A DNA stretch of 64,000 bases, taken from NCBI GenBank assembly GCA_039545335.1, contig BCIN01000001.1, positions 248,001 through 312,000 of the forward strand, given 5' to 3'. Both the position numbers and the translations under genes were made by a program. Each line of letters opens with the position of its first letter. Positions within the stretch are counted from its first letter, which is position 1. The notes beneath the pieces were generated by a model, which saw only the letters and a list, made by a program, of their open reading frames with translations, was not told the origin of the DNA and made no database searches. Positions 39,096 through 53,094 of this stretch are shown here, in pieces. The DNA is from Kondoa subrosea (taxonomy: Eukaryota).

Positions 39096-42000
39096 ATGTC
39101 AACCGATACCCCTTCTCTTATACCTGCTAAACGCTCTCTAGATCAATTAGCAGCACTCAATGCAGACATCCACGAAGAAGCTACGACTTTAGCTCGAGAA
39201 ACAGCAAAGAAAGCTCGTCATACCAAAGTGGATCCTACAGATACACCAGAATGGCGCGCGTTCAAGTATCAACGAATTCGAGAACTCAATGATCTGGATC
39301 CTGTGCTAGCTGAAAAGTTCAGCAGACAGTTTGATGAGCCTTTACCTGTCAAAATCGTCAAACCTCTCAGACCTGGCGAATTCCCTATGGTTGCTAGACC
39401 TCTGGCTCCAGAACCTATCAAGAAGAGTATCTTATCTAGACACAAGTCTGTCAGTAGAGAAGACGTGCGAGAATCAGTGGTAGAGGAAGCTGCGGCTAGT
39501 TCTGCTTCGAAAGCGAAAGAGGTCAAGCAGAAGAAGCAAGCTGAACCGAAGAAGAGACGCTTACAACCCAAGACTACTACTATCGTTCCTAGAAAATCAG
39601 CTGGTAATGCTTCTGTACTTCGGGTTGAACTACCAGATCACAAGAAAGCTGTTCGTTTCCCTCTTGATCGCACTCGTGATTTTGTATCTGACAGCATGAA
39701 TAGATGAAGAAGTTTGGAACAGTCACAAAATACTCTGCGTTTCTCAATGCTTCTCGTGCGGATATTATGAAATCTCGTCTAGCAGAACACAATCAACCTT
39801 CTTCCTCTGATTCGGATCCGGATTCCGATGATCAGCAAGCCAGTAAGAGACCTGAACGTATTGCTCCTGTGTTCCAGTTCGAAGGCATGAAAGCTCTGTT
39901 TCTTGCTCGGGATGAGAAAGATCAATTGATGACTATCGGTGCTGGTTGGCTGCAACTCCAGAATTTTGTCAAAGGAGGCGGAGAGATCAAAGATCAGTAC
40001 AGTTCTGATGTAACTCATATCATCGGTTTGCCCGATGCTGGAAACACCAAGATTTGGACCTTGGAAGAGGTGGCTAAGAAAGTCAAGAAGACTGTAGCCA
40101 GTCTGTCGGTTGCTACGTCAGCAAAGAAACTGTGGATCGTCAACAGGTGGGTACAGTCACTGTATCTTTTGATCTGCCCTAATTTTGCTTGCTGCAGTAA
40201 TTGGATTTCAGAAAGTTCAGCTGGCAAAGCTCCCGAGGCGCTCTATCAGATCAAGACTGCAGTCGTTCCTGAAGCACGTGTAGAAGAAGAGGAAGAAGAT
40301 GCTGAATTCCTTTTGTCTCCTCCGCGACCGCAAGTTGTCAAAAGCCTCGATGAAACAGACAGCCAGACGACGTGACTTTTGCCTTACCTTTGCGAACTTA
40401 TTACTCACTACGCTGCTAGAAACCTTGATGAATCTCATTCTCACTCGCGCAAATCTGCCGCGGCTTCGGTACCAAAAGCTGCTCTTGCAACTTCTACTTC
40501 CACCTCGCTCTTGCCTTCAGCTCTTCCAGAACCCGATTCTATCCCTAAAGCGCCTTCTCTGTTCAAAGATGCCATTGTTGTAGCTGGGCCAGGTACTTCC
40601 GGGCCTAACTCATCCAATATGAAAGGCGGTTTTGCGGATTTAGGCGACTTCATTCAAGCTGCACGCGAAGGCGATGATGCGCTCGAAGAGATGGAAGATG
40701 TTATTATGAACTATAATAGTGAAGAAGACTACGATTCGCAAGAAGAAGGCGATAAGAAGAAAGACGCGGGCCAAGCTGAACCGATCTATAAGAAGGTGAG
40801 ATTGTCCATCAATTCGAAGTGTCTTATGAAGCTGATGTGCTCACAGAGGGGCAAAGCTGTCTACCAATGCGAGAAATCTAGTGTGAAGGGAGAAAATCGC
40901 CAAAACATTAATGAAGACATCTGTCAGAAGCTTGGTAAGCGCTGAGATCTGCCACAAACGTTCTCTGAGTATGATCATAGTGGAACTACGAAAACATTAT
41001 GAGGCTACAGGCGACCATTGGCGTTCCGTAGGTATGCAAAGAGCCGTTGGTGTTTTAAGGAACTGCGAAACACGCATCGATACCTATGCTCTTGCGAAGC
41101 ATCTCCCGTTCGTCGGTGATAGTACAGCCCGAAAGGTAGTCGCTCATTCTTCTCGAATACACCGCGAAAGCTGAATCCCGCTTACCAGATCGGCGAGATT
41201 GGCAAGACTGGCAATCTGCGACGCATCAAAGCTTTGACGAACAATGACTACAGGTATTGCGCGATATTCCAAGGCGTATGTCAGAATTGCTTTGTGCTGC
41301 CTTATCCTGATGTGCAGTCATCGTAGATTTACGGTGTTGGCCACAAGATCGCGATGTCATGGGTCATGAAAGGCGCTCGAACGCTCGATGATATTCGACC
41401 AGGCAACAAATTCGACATTCAGCTCACTGAACACCAGTTGATTGGCGTGCGTTACTATGACGACTTAGCACAGAGAATTCCGCGTCCTGAGGCGGAGAAG
41501 ATCTACGGAATCATGGAGAAGATCTGTCAGTCTGAGCCAACTTGTATTGATCCTCTCATTGAACATTTGCTAGGCTACGATTTGGATCCTGTTGCTCAAA
41601 TCGAACTTATGGTGAGTTCCTGGTTAGAGCATTGAGAACTTCGTGTAATAGCTCGTACACAGGGGAGCTATCGTCGCGGACAAGCTGACTGCGGAGTGCG
41701 CTTGAACAATCAGTTTTGAGACTTGTCTAACAATTTGGGACAAGGATGTCGACTTCATCGTCACGCGGAACACAAGTGATGGCAGAACTCATGCCGGTGG
41801 GTCAGTGTTGTCTGCTCTAGACTGTCGGGCTAATGCAGTAACAGGATTGATTCAAAAGATGTGCAAGCGTTTGGAAGAGCAAGGCGTTCTACAATACACT
41901 TTGGCTGGACCAGAAGATTGGTCTGCAATTGATGCGAGCTTTCACGGCCTGTGTGCTCTACCTGGTGGTCTTATGCGACGTATCGGTGCGAGGTTTTGCA

Positions 42001-42612
42001 ACTCTATGGCAAGCCCGCTGATCAAGTCAAGTCAGATATTCTCGGTGTGCCGTGTATGTTCTCGTTCCTCGGTCAATTCTTTGCTCATATGCGCCCAGTC
42101 CATGAACTCGGTGCTGCTCTTATCTATTTCAGTTTGTCAAGAGCCTTTACAATAGCAACTCCGTTCGCTCATGTATACGCTTCTTGACTGCCACAGCCGG
42201 CAATGATATCTTTAATCGCAGTCTTCGCCTCAAAGCTCGTCATATGGGTTACAGCTTGAATCAGCATGCTCTACGTAAAGGTGTCATGCGCGATCCTAAA
42301 ACGAAGTTGAAAACTACCGAGGTGCATTCTGGCTTCCATTGTCCTTGTTCTATGCTGATCCGGCATTGGCAATTAGGGTTGGGTTGGTAAGTCTCTGGCT
42401 CCTGCAAATCTTGTGTCGTTCTGACAAGATGTCGGAAATCAGTTGCGTCTGCTACGTATGTAAATTTGCTCAACGACAAGCCAATTTTGACCGCCTTGCA
42501 GCGAAGAAGAGATCTTCAAGGTTTTAGGAGTATGTATTTGCGTATCAAGAGCTCTGCATACTGACAATGCGCGTAGGTGACCTGGCGTCCACCGCACGAG
42601 AGACAGCCTTGA
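39096..42612 (+). CDS. X-family DNA polymerase (Pol lambda-like) with a BRCT-like region and long N-terminal extension
   Basis: HhH motifs LPFVGDSTARK and GIYGVGHKIA, then GSYRRGQADCG-DVDFIV, RRI-D, YFTGNDIFNRSLR..GYSLNQH, EEEIFKVLG and WRPPHERQP*. Confidence 0.9.
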
Positions 42613-42981
42613 TGGCTACCTCCAGATGATTGGCGCGCTTTGACGAGGCTTCTTGTACAGATCAGAACCATGAAAATCATGATAGACAGATATGTACCAA
42701 TCATAAGGCATATCAAGAAGCTTCAGGGTACTCTTGGTATGCAGTAATGAGCTCTCACGCTGTCCCTCAATATATATATCAATGGTCTGGTCTCTGTGGC
42801 TTGCATCTGTCTCTTTGATTTTGCGCTAGACCCTTCTTGCGTCTCTTTGTGTCTCTGGCTTCTCTTTCTCTATTTTGCTTGGTTCTGTCTTTGATTTCGC
42901 AGCTCTACATAAGGTTGTCAAAGGGCAAAACGATGGCGAGGACAAATATGCTATTCTGAGAACGAAGTGGTACAATCATCT

Positions 42982-43341
42982 TTAAATACTATGCTTGACT
43001 ACGGTTGCAGTTGCGCTTGCAGAGGCTTTGTAAGCTGCTATCTTCAGATTCGTGTTATCAGTATCTTTACTATTGTACAAAAGTACACCACACATGAAAA
43101 GGAAGACAATCAACATAGCCAATCGGATCAAGGTTTGAGGGTAGGTCCACTTGTCCTTGGGCTCCTTCTGCCCTCTAGTAACGGGAGCAGTTGACCCTGC
43201 TTCAAGATCAGTAGAGCGAGTAGACTCCCAGTACTGAACGTCTGACAAACTCTCCCCCTTGGAAAGACGTTGCTCGACGGCCTGAGCCTGTTCGGTCGGC
43301 AGCATCTCAACAGCAATGGGAATCATAACAGAAGCAGACAT
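42982..43341 (-). CDS. Small single-TM hypothetical protein
   Basis: Intronless ~119-aa frame from MSASVMIP with the hydrophobic stretch LIRLAMLIVFLFMCGVLLY. Confidence 0.5.
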   Translation of the reverse strand: MSASVMIPIAVEMLPTEQAQAVEQRLSKGESLSDVQYWESTRSTDLEAGSTAPVTRGQKEPKDKWTYPQTLIRLAMLIVFLFMCGVLLYNSKDTDNTNLKIAAYKASASATATVVKHSI

Positions 43342-43600
43342 GGCGAGCTTGATCGAGAAAGAGTAAAGAATGGGAAGAAGAGCAAAGGAACAGAGAGCGC
43401 GAGTTTTGTACTGAGTGAGAAAGAATACAACAATGGTATTTAGAATCCGCCTATGTCTGCTTCGTGATTGGAAAACACATAATTGGAACTGATGCTCAGC
43501 GCAGTCCATATCAAGACGAGAACGCCTCCCAAAGCGTCGTGTACCATCATCTTGGGCGAGAGAAACACACAAAACTATGTTGTATTTCTTAATGTTGATT

Positions 43601-44521
43601 TTATCGCTTCACAGTTGTCGCCAAAGACTGTGTCCGAAAGGTAAGCGAAATGAGAGAGCATACTAGCATGAAGTAACCTACCAGAACAATCTTGAAATAA
43701 GACCGCTTGTCCGGAATCCTTTTGCCTTCCGCTTTGCCTTTTGCTTCATAGATCGGCGGCGATAGCACAACGTTCGATAGGTCGAAGGCACTACGTCGAA
43801 ATATGTGAAGGTCTTCCTTTGAGAAGCGCATACGGATGTATTGGCACCAAGCAGGCGAGCTGAGTTTTCCCATTATAGAAGCTCTGGCCCAAACCTCGTA
43901 GGAAGAATTGCATTCATCGGGAGCCGCACACCAGGGCCTACAACCCAAAGTCAGCCCGTTCAAAGACTTGGTCGAACAGAATACATACTTAGGTTTGCAT
44001 AAATACGAGGGCCGCGTATCGTGTTTTTCCAGTAGTATTTGAAATCCAGGACCTGTTTGGAGCTGGCAGGTGGCGCCATCATAGACTAAGAGCTATTCTG
44101 AAGTCGTTTTATGATATGGTAAGTTTGCCTATCGTATTGTGATTATCAGATCGGGCCAATAATGCTGTACTTGCATGAGAGCTTACCCGTTCCTCATGTT
44201 TGGCGAACGTTAGCTTAGCCAAAATCGTTGCAAAGAGCGCAAGCTGTCCTCGTCAATGAGCATAATGGCTGAAGCAGTCGTCTCACTGACCTCAACAGCG
44301 CGCCGATCCAGACACAGATTGCATGACTGCCTGAACATGTAATATTCTTCCTCTTCGGCGAGAACAGAGTCATAGAGGTTTCGTATTATCTTGCCTGGAA
44401 TCTGTAGAGTTATATTATCGATGTAAAAGGTGTCACCTCGTGCGCAGTAGTAGTATTTGTTTCTGTTCTCGGTTTGCACAGACATGACTCTACATGGGTC
44501 AAGGGAAGACATCCTGACCAT
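43601..44521 (-). pseudogene. Possible degenerate orphan gene
   Basis: Two co-oriented ORFs linked by canonical GTAAGC and GTATGT introns, but joining them requires a frameshift near 44215 and an in-frame TAG near 44093. Confidence 0.3.
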
Positions 44522-44840
44522 CAGGCAGCTCGAAACGGGAAAGAGGAAAGCGAGATCCCCGCAGTCCAGATCGAGATAATAAGGACGAGGTCCATCTGAA
44601 AAGAGGAGAAGGATAACTGAAACGAAAAAATGAAGAGGAGGAGACTACAAGTCAATCACATATTTGGCCAGGGTGCAGAAGTCTTGAAAAGCTTGCTGGG
44701 AAGATATGGTCATACGAGCGATACAATGGTTGGGAAGCGCAATGCTGCAGTCAGAGCGACAAGTAGGTAGAACATAAACACAATGCAGAATCTGTCTCCC
44801 TCTCTATCAATAAGTAAATGTATGTGTAAAGCGCTAAACT

Positions 44841-46886
44841 TTAATCCATCAAGTTGTCTTTAGTATCCTTGTTTGCCGATGTCTTGTTTCCTGCTTTCCT
44901 GCTGTAGAATTCATCCAAGATCTTTGGACTGATTCGATTGAGTTGTTCTCTTGGGAAAATTCTGATTGAAAATAGTTAGCCAAAATACATGACCCTCTGT
45001 GAAAATGACTCACCTTAATAGAGACCACGCTAGATCTAAACTTTGCTCGATCGTCCTATTCTCGCCTGCTCCTTGATTTACGAATTGTCCTTCAAACTTG
45101 CTCAAGAATTCCAGCGCGAGCTATCATCACACGTCTTATTTAGCGAGTCGATCTACTTTAGCACAGAAAACGACATCTCACCTTCTCTTCCGACGATAAT
45201 GCTTCTTCACCCACTACAGCCTTCATAGCAAACGCATCTTTCCCAATCGCATACTTGGCATAAAGCTGGTTGGACACATCTCCATGATCTTTTCTAGTTA
45301 AACCTTCTCCAATAGCTGATTTCATCAATCGAGATAATGAAGGCAAGACGTTGATAGGTGGGAAGACTTGACGATTGTGAAGCTGTCTATCGACAAAGAT
45401 TTGTCCTTCTGTAATGTAGCCTGTCAAATCTGGAATAGGATGCGAGATACTGCGATTGCAGTCAGTACAGTGACGAGGAACTGATTATAAAGAAAGCTCA
45501 CTCGTCGTTTGGCATAGACAAGATTGGAATTTGAGTAATGGAACCATTTCGACCTTCGACTCGACCGGCTCTTTCGTACAAAGTTGCTAAATCGGTGTAC
45601 ATGTAACCAGGATAACCACGACGACCAGGTACTTCTTCTCTTGCAGCTGAAACTTCTCTCAAAGCATCGGCGTAAGAGGACATATCCGTCATAATGACCA
45701 AAACATGCTTTTCTAATTGGTAGGCATAGTATTCTGCGGTAGTAAGAGCAAGACGAGGAGTAATGATACGTTCGATAGTTGGATCGTTTGCCAAATTGAG
45801 GAAAAGGGTAACTCGATCCAAGGCTCCATTCTCTTCGAAATCTTGTCTGAAGAAACGAGCGGTTTCCAGATTGACACCCATAGCGGCGAAGACAATAGAG
45901 AAGTTTTCGTCGTGATCATCGTGAACGCCTTTAGTAGGCTTCTTGACCAGACCTGACTGACGACAAATTTGTGCGGCGATCTGCCAAGCGAAGCATTAGA
46001 CAAATCAATCAAGAATGCCGATGCAAGGACTTACCTCATTGTGTGGCAGACCAGCAGCTGAGAAAATAGGGATCTTTTGTCCTCTTGCAATGGAGTTCAT
46101 GGTATCAATTGTGGAAATACCAGTCTGAATCATTTCTTCAGGGTAGATACGAGAGTAAGGATTGATGGGAGAACCTGAAGACAGAATATTCTTAGATTTC
46201 ATACATTCAGTGGTCTCAAACAGAAACGCTTACCGTTGATGTCAAGATAATCTTCCGCAAAGACTTTTGGACCCTTGTCTATCGGGTTACCTGAACCGTT
46301 GAAGATCCGACCCATCATATCTTCAGATACAGGCAGCTTCATAGAAGAGCCAGTGAATTCAACATGAGTCTGCTTGACGTCGATACCGCTTGTGCCTTCA
46401 AAGACTTGAACAATCGCTTTCTTGCCGTTGATCTCCAATACTTGACCTTCACGTTTGGTTCCATCGGCCAGGGTGAGACGAACAATTTCACCTATTAGAA
46501 TAGGCTTGAGCAAAGATACAGCCAAGCAAAAAGGTGCAACAAACCGTATGCAGGATCTGTAGTGCAATCAATCAGCCTCGGGTGCATCAGTACCGTTATA
46601 AGAGCGTACACTTGACGTTGTCCAATACTACCAGAGGACCATTGACGGCCGAAACGCTGAGCAGAGAGATCAGATGAGCTTGGACTCTAAAGCAGATTGC
46701 AGGAGACAGCTCTCACGTTCGGTAATCAATACGAGGATTCACATCGTACTTTCTCACAGCTGCTGAAGCGTTCAAGCTGTGTGTGTGAGGGACAATCAGA
46801 GGAAGCCTTGTTGAGCACAAGACTCGAGAGACTGACGCAAAGAGCTCCTTGTCGCTCATTCGTGGATCATCATTGGCTCCTGGCAT
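44841..46886 (-). CDS. VMA2: Vacuolar H+-ATPase V1 subunit B
   Basis: [70 protein letters not shown] and [18 protein letters not shown]. Confidence 0.98.
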
Positions 46887-47948
46887 CCTGGTCTATAGGT
46901 ATGATATGGGGTGCTGCCTGGTATACCGAGGTTGCTCTGTGTATAATGAAGCGAGAGCGAGTCGTTCGTGGAAACAGGAGAACAGGGTCTTCTGATTTCA
47001 GCGATGTCTGTCTATCTGTTTCGATGTCTACCCTTCTTCATACGCATACGATGCTCTTTCAAAGCTTCAAACGTGTCCCTTTCTTTATAGTATCTTTTTG
47101 ATACGTGCCCAGAGTGCCCTGTCTAGAGCCTTAGTTTTCTGCTGTCGATACTAGTTGCTCTTCATCTCTATCTCTCTATCTTTCACTTCCGTCTTGTCAT
47201 CTTCTGCTCTGTGTCAAACCCAAGAAATTTAAGGCTCATTGCAAAAAGCTAGCTCATATCATTGGAACTGATCCTCGGCATCATTGCCCAATTGCAGCCA
47301 TGCAGGCTTTATGCTCATATGATACGGTAGCCCTGCGATGAGATTTTTTGGTTGTATCAGCTCATCTTCCGTATTGTTCGGTTCGGGCATGCTTCATCAA
47401 CGATCTTAGAGCATGCATGGCCTTTGAAATGCCATACTCGGGCATTCCAAGCAGTCGTGTATTCTATAAGCACAGCAGTAATTGCAGCAAAGTATGTCTC
47501 ATAGCTGCACTGCTCTGGTGAAGGCAAGTGTAAGCAAATTTATCTTTCCTCCACTGCAGCTCATTACTTCGCCCATCAGCTTGGGTTGGATGAATAGGAA
47601 GAACACCAGCATGAGATAGAAGCGATCGTTGCTGAGACCGATCTGTACTTGCTCGTTTTTTCAGGCTCAATGCCAGAACGAGCGAGAAGGGAAAATAAAG
47701 TTCTGCTTGATTGCCACCTCATCCCCTTCTATGATCACATCGGACGGAACGTCACAGCAATGTCATTACTCTCGTCTTCCGTGTCGGGCGCTGGAAATTA
47801 CATACGGCGAGACACATATGTGAATATATCACGAAAGCATGAGCATAGTCCGTGAGAAGGTGTAGATCATGCGCTATATACAATGTAAACGAAGGACTAA
47901 ACTGATATGCAATCTAATTCAATGTTCTTGAATCCTTGGGGAATCACA

Positions 47949-48929
47949 TTAATATCCGGAAGGGGTTGCTGTACCAGAAGGTATCGGTGTTGTTGTTCCG
48001 TTCGTTCCATCATGAACGTGCTTCTCATTGTGATCTGTCCGTAGTGTAGGTTCTGAGCCGTATTTGTAAATATGCCGAGCAGCCCTAATTGTTTGCAATG
48101 AGCTATTGTGACGTAAGGTAAGGTAGGATCAAGACCCACAAGGAATTGAGAATCAAGCTGGCTAGATTTGCACCGAAGCAAATCCAGGCGACAATCACTA
48201 CAAACCCGGTCGTCAATGAGTATCACCAAAAGACCAATGAGGAAAGAAGAGCTTACTAGCTTTGAAAACCAATGCATCTCTATATGCCAATGACTCTCCG
48301 CTTGCTGCTACCAAAGGTGCTATGATAGATTCTGGCAAGACAGTGGAAGTGATACGTGCACTGCGATTGACGATGATGATTGAAGCAGCAAGTGTAGCAC
48401 CGAAGAAGAAGAGAGTGGTAATCCCGAAGAGGGATTCTTTTATCAAGATAGTCTTCCTTGTCTCCGTCTTTTGTAGCTTCCACAAAACTACATTCAATAG
48501 GATGAACTGAAGAGTGGAAGTTTCAGTTGGTGATCCCTTTTGCAAACAATCAGACTCACGCAGAGAATACCGCAGAGCCCTCCCGCAGTTGTCATGATAG
48601 CGCTTGCCGCCAATACATCGTTTGCGTGTAAAGAACCTCCGGGAACTTGCATTCGCTGCAAAGACGAGCAAAATTTTAGCTTATGTAATCTTGCTTCGGC
48701 AAACGACCAAGCAGAAACGCACGACTTTTTCTTTATCATGGTCCAGGTTGACAATGGCTGTGACATAAGAAATCAACGCCTGCGCAAAAGGAGGTCAAAG
48801 TCAAACGCAAAAAAGCTCACACTGTGCGCTGAGTCCTGTGACTACTATAGCAAGCATAGCAGTCAATTGGAACGCGATCAATCTGGGCCACTTGAGGTAG
48901 GCATGAGGGTCTTTGTACATGTGCGTCAT
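47949..48929 (-). CDS. Hypothetical four-TM membrane protein (MARVEL-like topology)
   Basis: The spliced frame gives RLIAFQLTAMLAIVVTGLS, VLAASAIMTTAGGLCGILCFILLNVVLW and LFGITTLFFFGATLAASIIIV, then a final hydrophobic segment and a polar tail. Confidence 0.55.
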
Positions 48930-49244
48930 GTCGTTGCAGTATAGGATTGGACTTCTTCGAGGCTGATGGGGTTGAATCAAGCTACTAGTTCGAGCTGAAA
49001 GTGGGGATGCTGAAAAGCTCCGTATATTATTGATACAGTAGTGATAGAGGCAAATATCAAATGAGAAAATCAGGTAAGTCGCTAATTTGCCTTTGCCGGA
49101 GATTTTCTTGCCCTGATGACAGAGACATCTCCGCAAACAGCCCCGGTAGACATGTGAATGGTAGTTCGCCGTACCCCATGGTGCGATCCGCTTCGTTGAT
49201 ACTCTTGTCTAGTCTACGATCACCAACTTCTTTTGCATTCGAAG

Positions 49245-51363
49245 ATGGCTACACATACGTCTGACATGCACGAGCATCACGGTGCTCCTGCGGCCCATTC
49301 TGGCTCCCTCGACAGCGAGAAAGCCAGTTTCAATCACAAATTGGAAAATGCAGCTCCAGGTTATGGAATGGAGCGCAACAAAGAGACTGCTCATGAGATC
49401 ATCCAAGATCAGGATAGTCCTTGGGTACATCATCATGTGAGTTTCTTTTCGCTCGTGCTTGGCATTTCTTGCAAAACAAGTGATACTCACTCAAACACTG
49501 GTTCGGTATGTCAGATGTCATGGAAACTCTTCGCCTCGTTAGCTGCAATGTCTTTCCTTTGGGTTGGCTCGCAAATCCCTCTATATCTTTTGGGAGGAGT
49601 GTTTCCGCTTAGTGAGTCGCGAATGCTGAACCTTGACGAAATGTCTCAGCCCTCATTTCGATTTCCAGTTTACAACGACATTGGCGGCTACGACAGATAC
49701 ATTTGGCTCATCATTGGATACCTGATTCCTAATGCCGCATTGTGTCCTTTCGTGGGAGCCTTGAGTGATTTGATCGGGAGGAAATTGGTGGCATCTATTG
49801 GACAAGTATTGCTGGTCATTGGTCCTTTGGTGACAGTCACATCACATGACATGAACGTTGCTATTGGTGAGTCCTTCCGAATTTACATTGTGAGGATGAG
49901 TTTAACGGACTTTCTCAGGTGGTATGGTCCTGGCTGGTCTAGGAGCTGGTCTCAACGAATTGATCGCGCTCGCTGGAACTGCCGAATTGGTTCCAGTCAA
50001 AAAGCGAGGAACCTATGTCGGTTTGGTCGTCTTCACCATTCTACCTTTCTGTCCTTCTGTATTATGGGCTCAGCTCATCGCTCAAGCATCGAACTGGCGC
50101 TATGTCGGTATTCCTATCTGTGTCTGGAACTTCCTCGGCTTGATCTTTGTCGTCTTCTTCTACGATGATCCGGCGAAACACAAGCAAATTGACAAGAAGC
50201 AAGTGTTGAAGGAGATCGACTACATTGGTGGTATTCTCAGTACTGTTGGTGTCACTCTTTTCATGATGGGTCTACAATGGGTACTTCTTCTCCCTTTGTT
50301 GCTTATGAATGTTTGGCTAATGCTCGCTTCCTCTTCAGGGTGCCGTCCAGTACAAATGGTCTAGCGCTCATGTGCTTGTGCCCTTCCTCATTGGTTTCGC
50401 CATTATTATTGCCTTTTTCATCTACGAGGCCAAATTTGCCCCATACCCTATGGTGCCAAGGAAGCTTTTCAGCAGAGCAAAGAGAACAATGGTCGCCATC
50501 CTGCTCATTACCTTCTTCAGTGGAGGCAACTTCTTCGTCCTGCTATTGTTCTGGCCTACCGAGATTTACAATGTATACGGTAAGCAGTACTATCGTGCGA
50601 GGTTCAGGCCGGCACTGATTACAATGACCTAAGGTGATGACCCACTTCCTGTTGGTATCCGTTCTCTTCCTATCGGTTTCGGCATCATTGGAGGAGCTGC
50701 ACTCGCTCTCATCTCCATACCGATCCTCAAAGGCCGTACCCGTCTTCTCATGATCTTTGCAACTGGACTCATGACCGCCGGTACTGGTCTCCTGTCACTC
50801 GCCAGGAAGGACAATCTCGGAGCAGTCTATGCAATCGTCACGATCGCTTCTTTCGGTGTTGGAGCAGTCATTATTCCAGCTTCCATTATTGCTCAAATCG
50901 TTTGTCCACCAGAAGTGAGTATTTTACCTGAGGCCTGTCCGACATCGCTGACTGAAAACAGCTCATTGGTACGGTGACGGCCATCACATTAGCAATCAGA
51001 TACCTAGGAGGCGCCATTGGTTTCTCCGCTTACTACAACATTTTCTACCCAAAGCTCATCACCTCCTTGACCGAAAAGGCGGCTATCACTCTTGTCATCA
51101 ACGGCATATCCCTAGACCCTAATGCTATCACAACTCTTCTTACCCTTGGAGCTCAAGCCAAGTACCCAGCTCTTCGAGAATTTATCAGGACGGGATACGG
51201 CGTCATCAACAGAAATGTCGATTCCGCTTACCCAATCATCATCAGTGCGGTTCAGGATGGCTTCGTTGATGCCTACAGGTGGCCGTACTGGATGTCTATA
51301 GCCTTTGGTGGTATCTGTTTTATTTCCTCTTTCTTCCTTTCCGATATAAGGAAGTATCTGTGA
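49245..51363 (+). CDS. MFS efflux transporter, TRI12 (trichothecene efflux pump)-like
   Basis: About 14 hydrophobic segments, MFS motif A GALSDLIGRK, and ELIALAGTAELVP, IDYIGG and AIRYLGGAIG. Confidence 0.88.
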
Positions 51364-52120
51364 TTGAGCTTTTTTTTTTTCAATGGGATTGTTTGGGCTG
51401 CACAAGAGATGCACTTGCAAAGGAGTTGCTTTGGGTGTACAGTATAGTATAGCCTTCAGTTCAGGTGCATAGCTGTCAAATCGTTCATATTAACTCTTGT
51501 GCATTATTAATGTATTTTATGTTGCAAATATCTCTCATAACTTCTCGGACTACAATCTCTTCTTCACTCGACAGGCCAGGGAATGGCTCAGTGAGTCTTT
51601 TCAAGAACCCCTCATACAAAAGTACAAATTTAGGCCAAGTGCAAGTGAGTGCCTAGACATCGATTCCTTCAAGCTAACACCGACTCACACTCTGCCTGAA
51701 AGCACGAGATTGCTTTGTCGTACGGAATTCGACCATTGACAAGAGATCGTGAAATCGTGAACAACGTCAGAGAAGTTTTTCAAACAGGTTAGAGGTCAAT
51801 GTCATGAGCCCCTCAGCGACAGAGCCGTCAAGAAAAGGCTGGAAACAATGTCTGGACCAGACAGGTAGATATGAAAAGACCGAGGGTCTGGGAGAAGAGT
51901 AAAAGGTGGGAATAAGAGGAAGGCAATAGAATAAGAATGGCTATTGATGATGCATTGATGTCGATAGCGACATGAATATTGTTATACATTGGACTGTCTT
52001 GAGATTCAGTAAGCGAAAGGATTAATGATGGAGATCAGCTAGACCTACGATTTATATCGAACAGCTGTTTAAGTACTGACAATTGAGTGTTTTCCTGGCC
52101 AACAATCCACCCTGGCAAGC

Positions 52121-52956
52121 TCAAGGACCTAATCGATCAATCTTCCATTCAGCTGAACCTTCTTCCGCTCGCAAGTATCGGAATCGGTCATGTAATCTAG
52201 TTTCACCTTAGCCAAACTGTTATATTTCACCAATCTGACGCACCTGTTCTTCCTCCCAGCCCAGAATTCGACCTCGTTCGGAACCAAACGATAGCCACCC
52301 CAATAATCTGGCGCTTCCAAATCTTTCGCTTCACCTTCCGCCGCTTCACTCCGTTCGTTACTACCTCTTTGCACACCAAATCGATCTTCCATCTCTTCAA
52401 CCCTTTTGTTCAATTCATCTCTTGATTTCAAAACTTGAGATTGCGGACTTGCGTAAGCCCCAATTCTAGACCCAATAGGTCTAGAAGCATAATACTTTTG
52501 CGTTTCTTCTTTCTCAACTTTAGAGATTTTCCCTACTAATCGAACAGAAAGAGAGAGTTCTTTCCAATAAAAAGCCATGGATGCCATTGGATTGTTTTCT
52601 AGTTCTTTACCTTTTCTTGAAGTATAGTTTGAGAAGAAGACTAAACCGTTCAAATCGGCATGTTTGAGTAAAACGAATCGAGTAGAAGGAGTTGGATAAG
52701 ATCCAGCAGACATGGAAACGGTTGATAGAGCTACTGCTTCAGGTTCTTTAACTCCTGAATCAGGATGTAAGACTTTAGTGAACCATTCTTGAAAGAGAAC
52801 CAATGGATTGGAAGGCAGATCAGAGGCGGAATCTGGTAAGAGCGCTGGAGCTGAATATTGGTTATGGGACAGAACAGTGGTCGATGCTGGTACTTTGCTG
52901 TCTAGGTTCATCTTGAGGCTTTGCACTATTGGTCTGCCGCCTAGACTCCGGAGCAT
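52121..52956 (-). CDS. PDX3: Pyridoxamine 5'-phosphate oxidase
   Basis: PSTRFVLLK, FFSNYTSRKGKEL, SRPIGSRIGAYASPQS and WGGYRLVPNEVEFWAGRKNR|LHDRFRY..WKIDRLGP*. Confidence 0.96.
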
Positions 52957-53094
52957 AAACCTGGCTCAGGGAAAGTCGATGTATGAAGTCAACCGAGGAA
53001 AGTGATCGAATGGCTCTGTATAGCTTGTGGCTGCTACATTTACATGTATATCATTTATGCTCGACGCTATTGGTGCCTTCGTAGCTCATGCAGC

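Noticed and set aside
49245..51363. TRI12-like pump as a marker of a toxin biosynthetic cluster
   Set aside because: No terpene synthase, P450, PKS or NRPS nearby; the family is widespread outside clusters.
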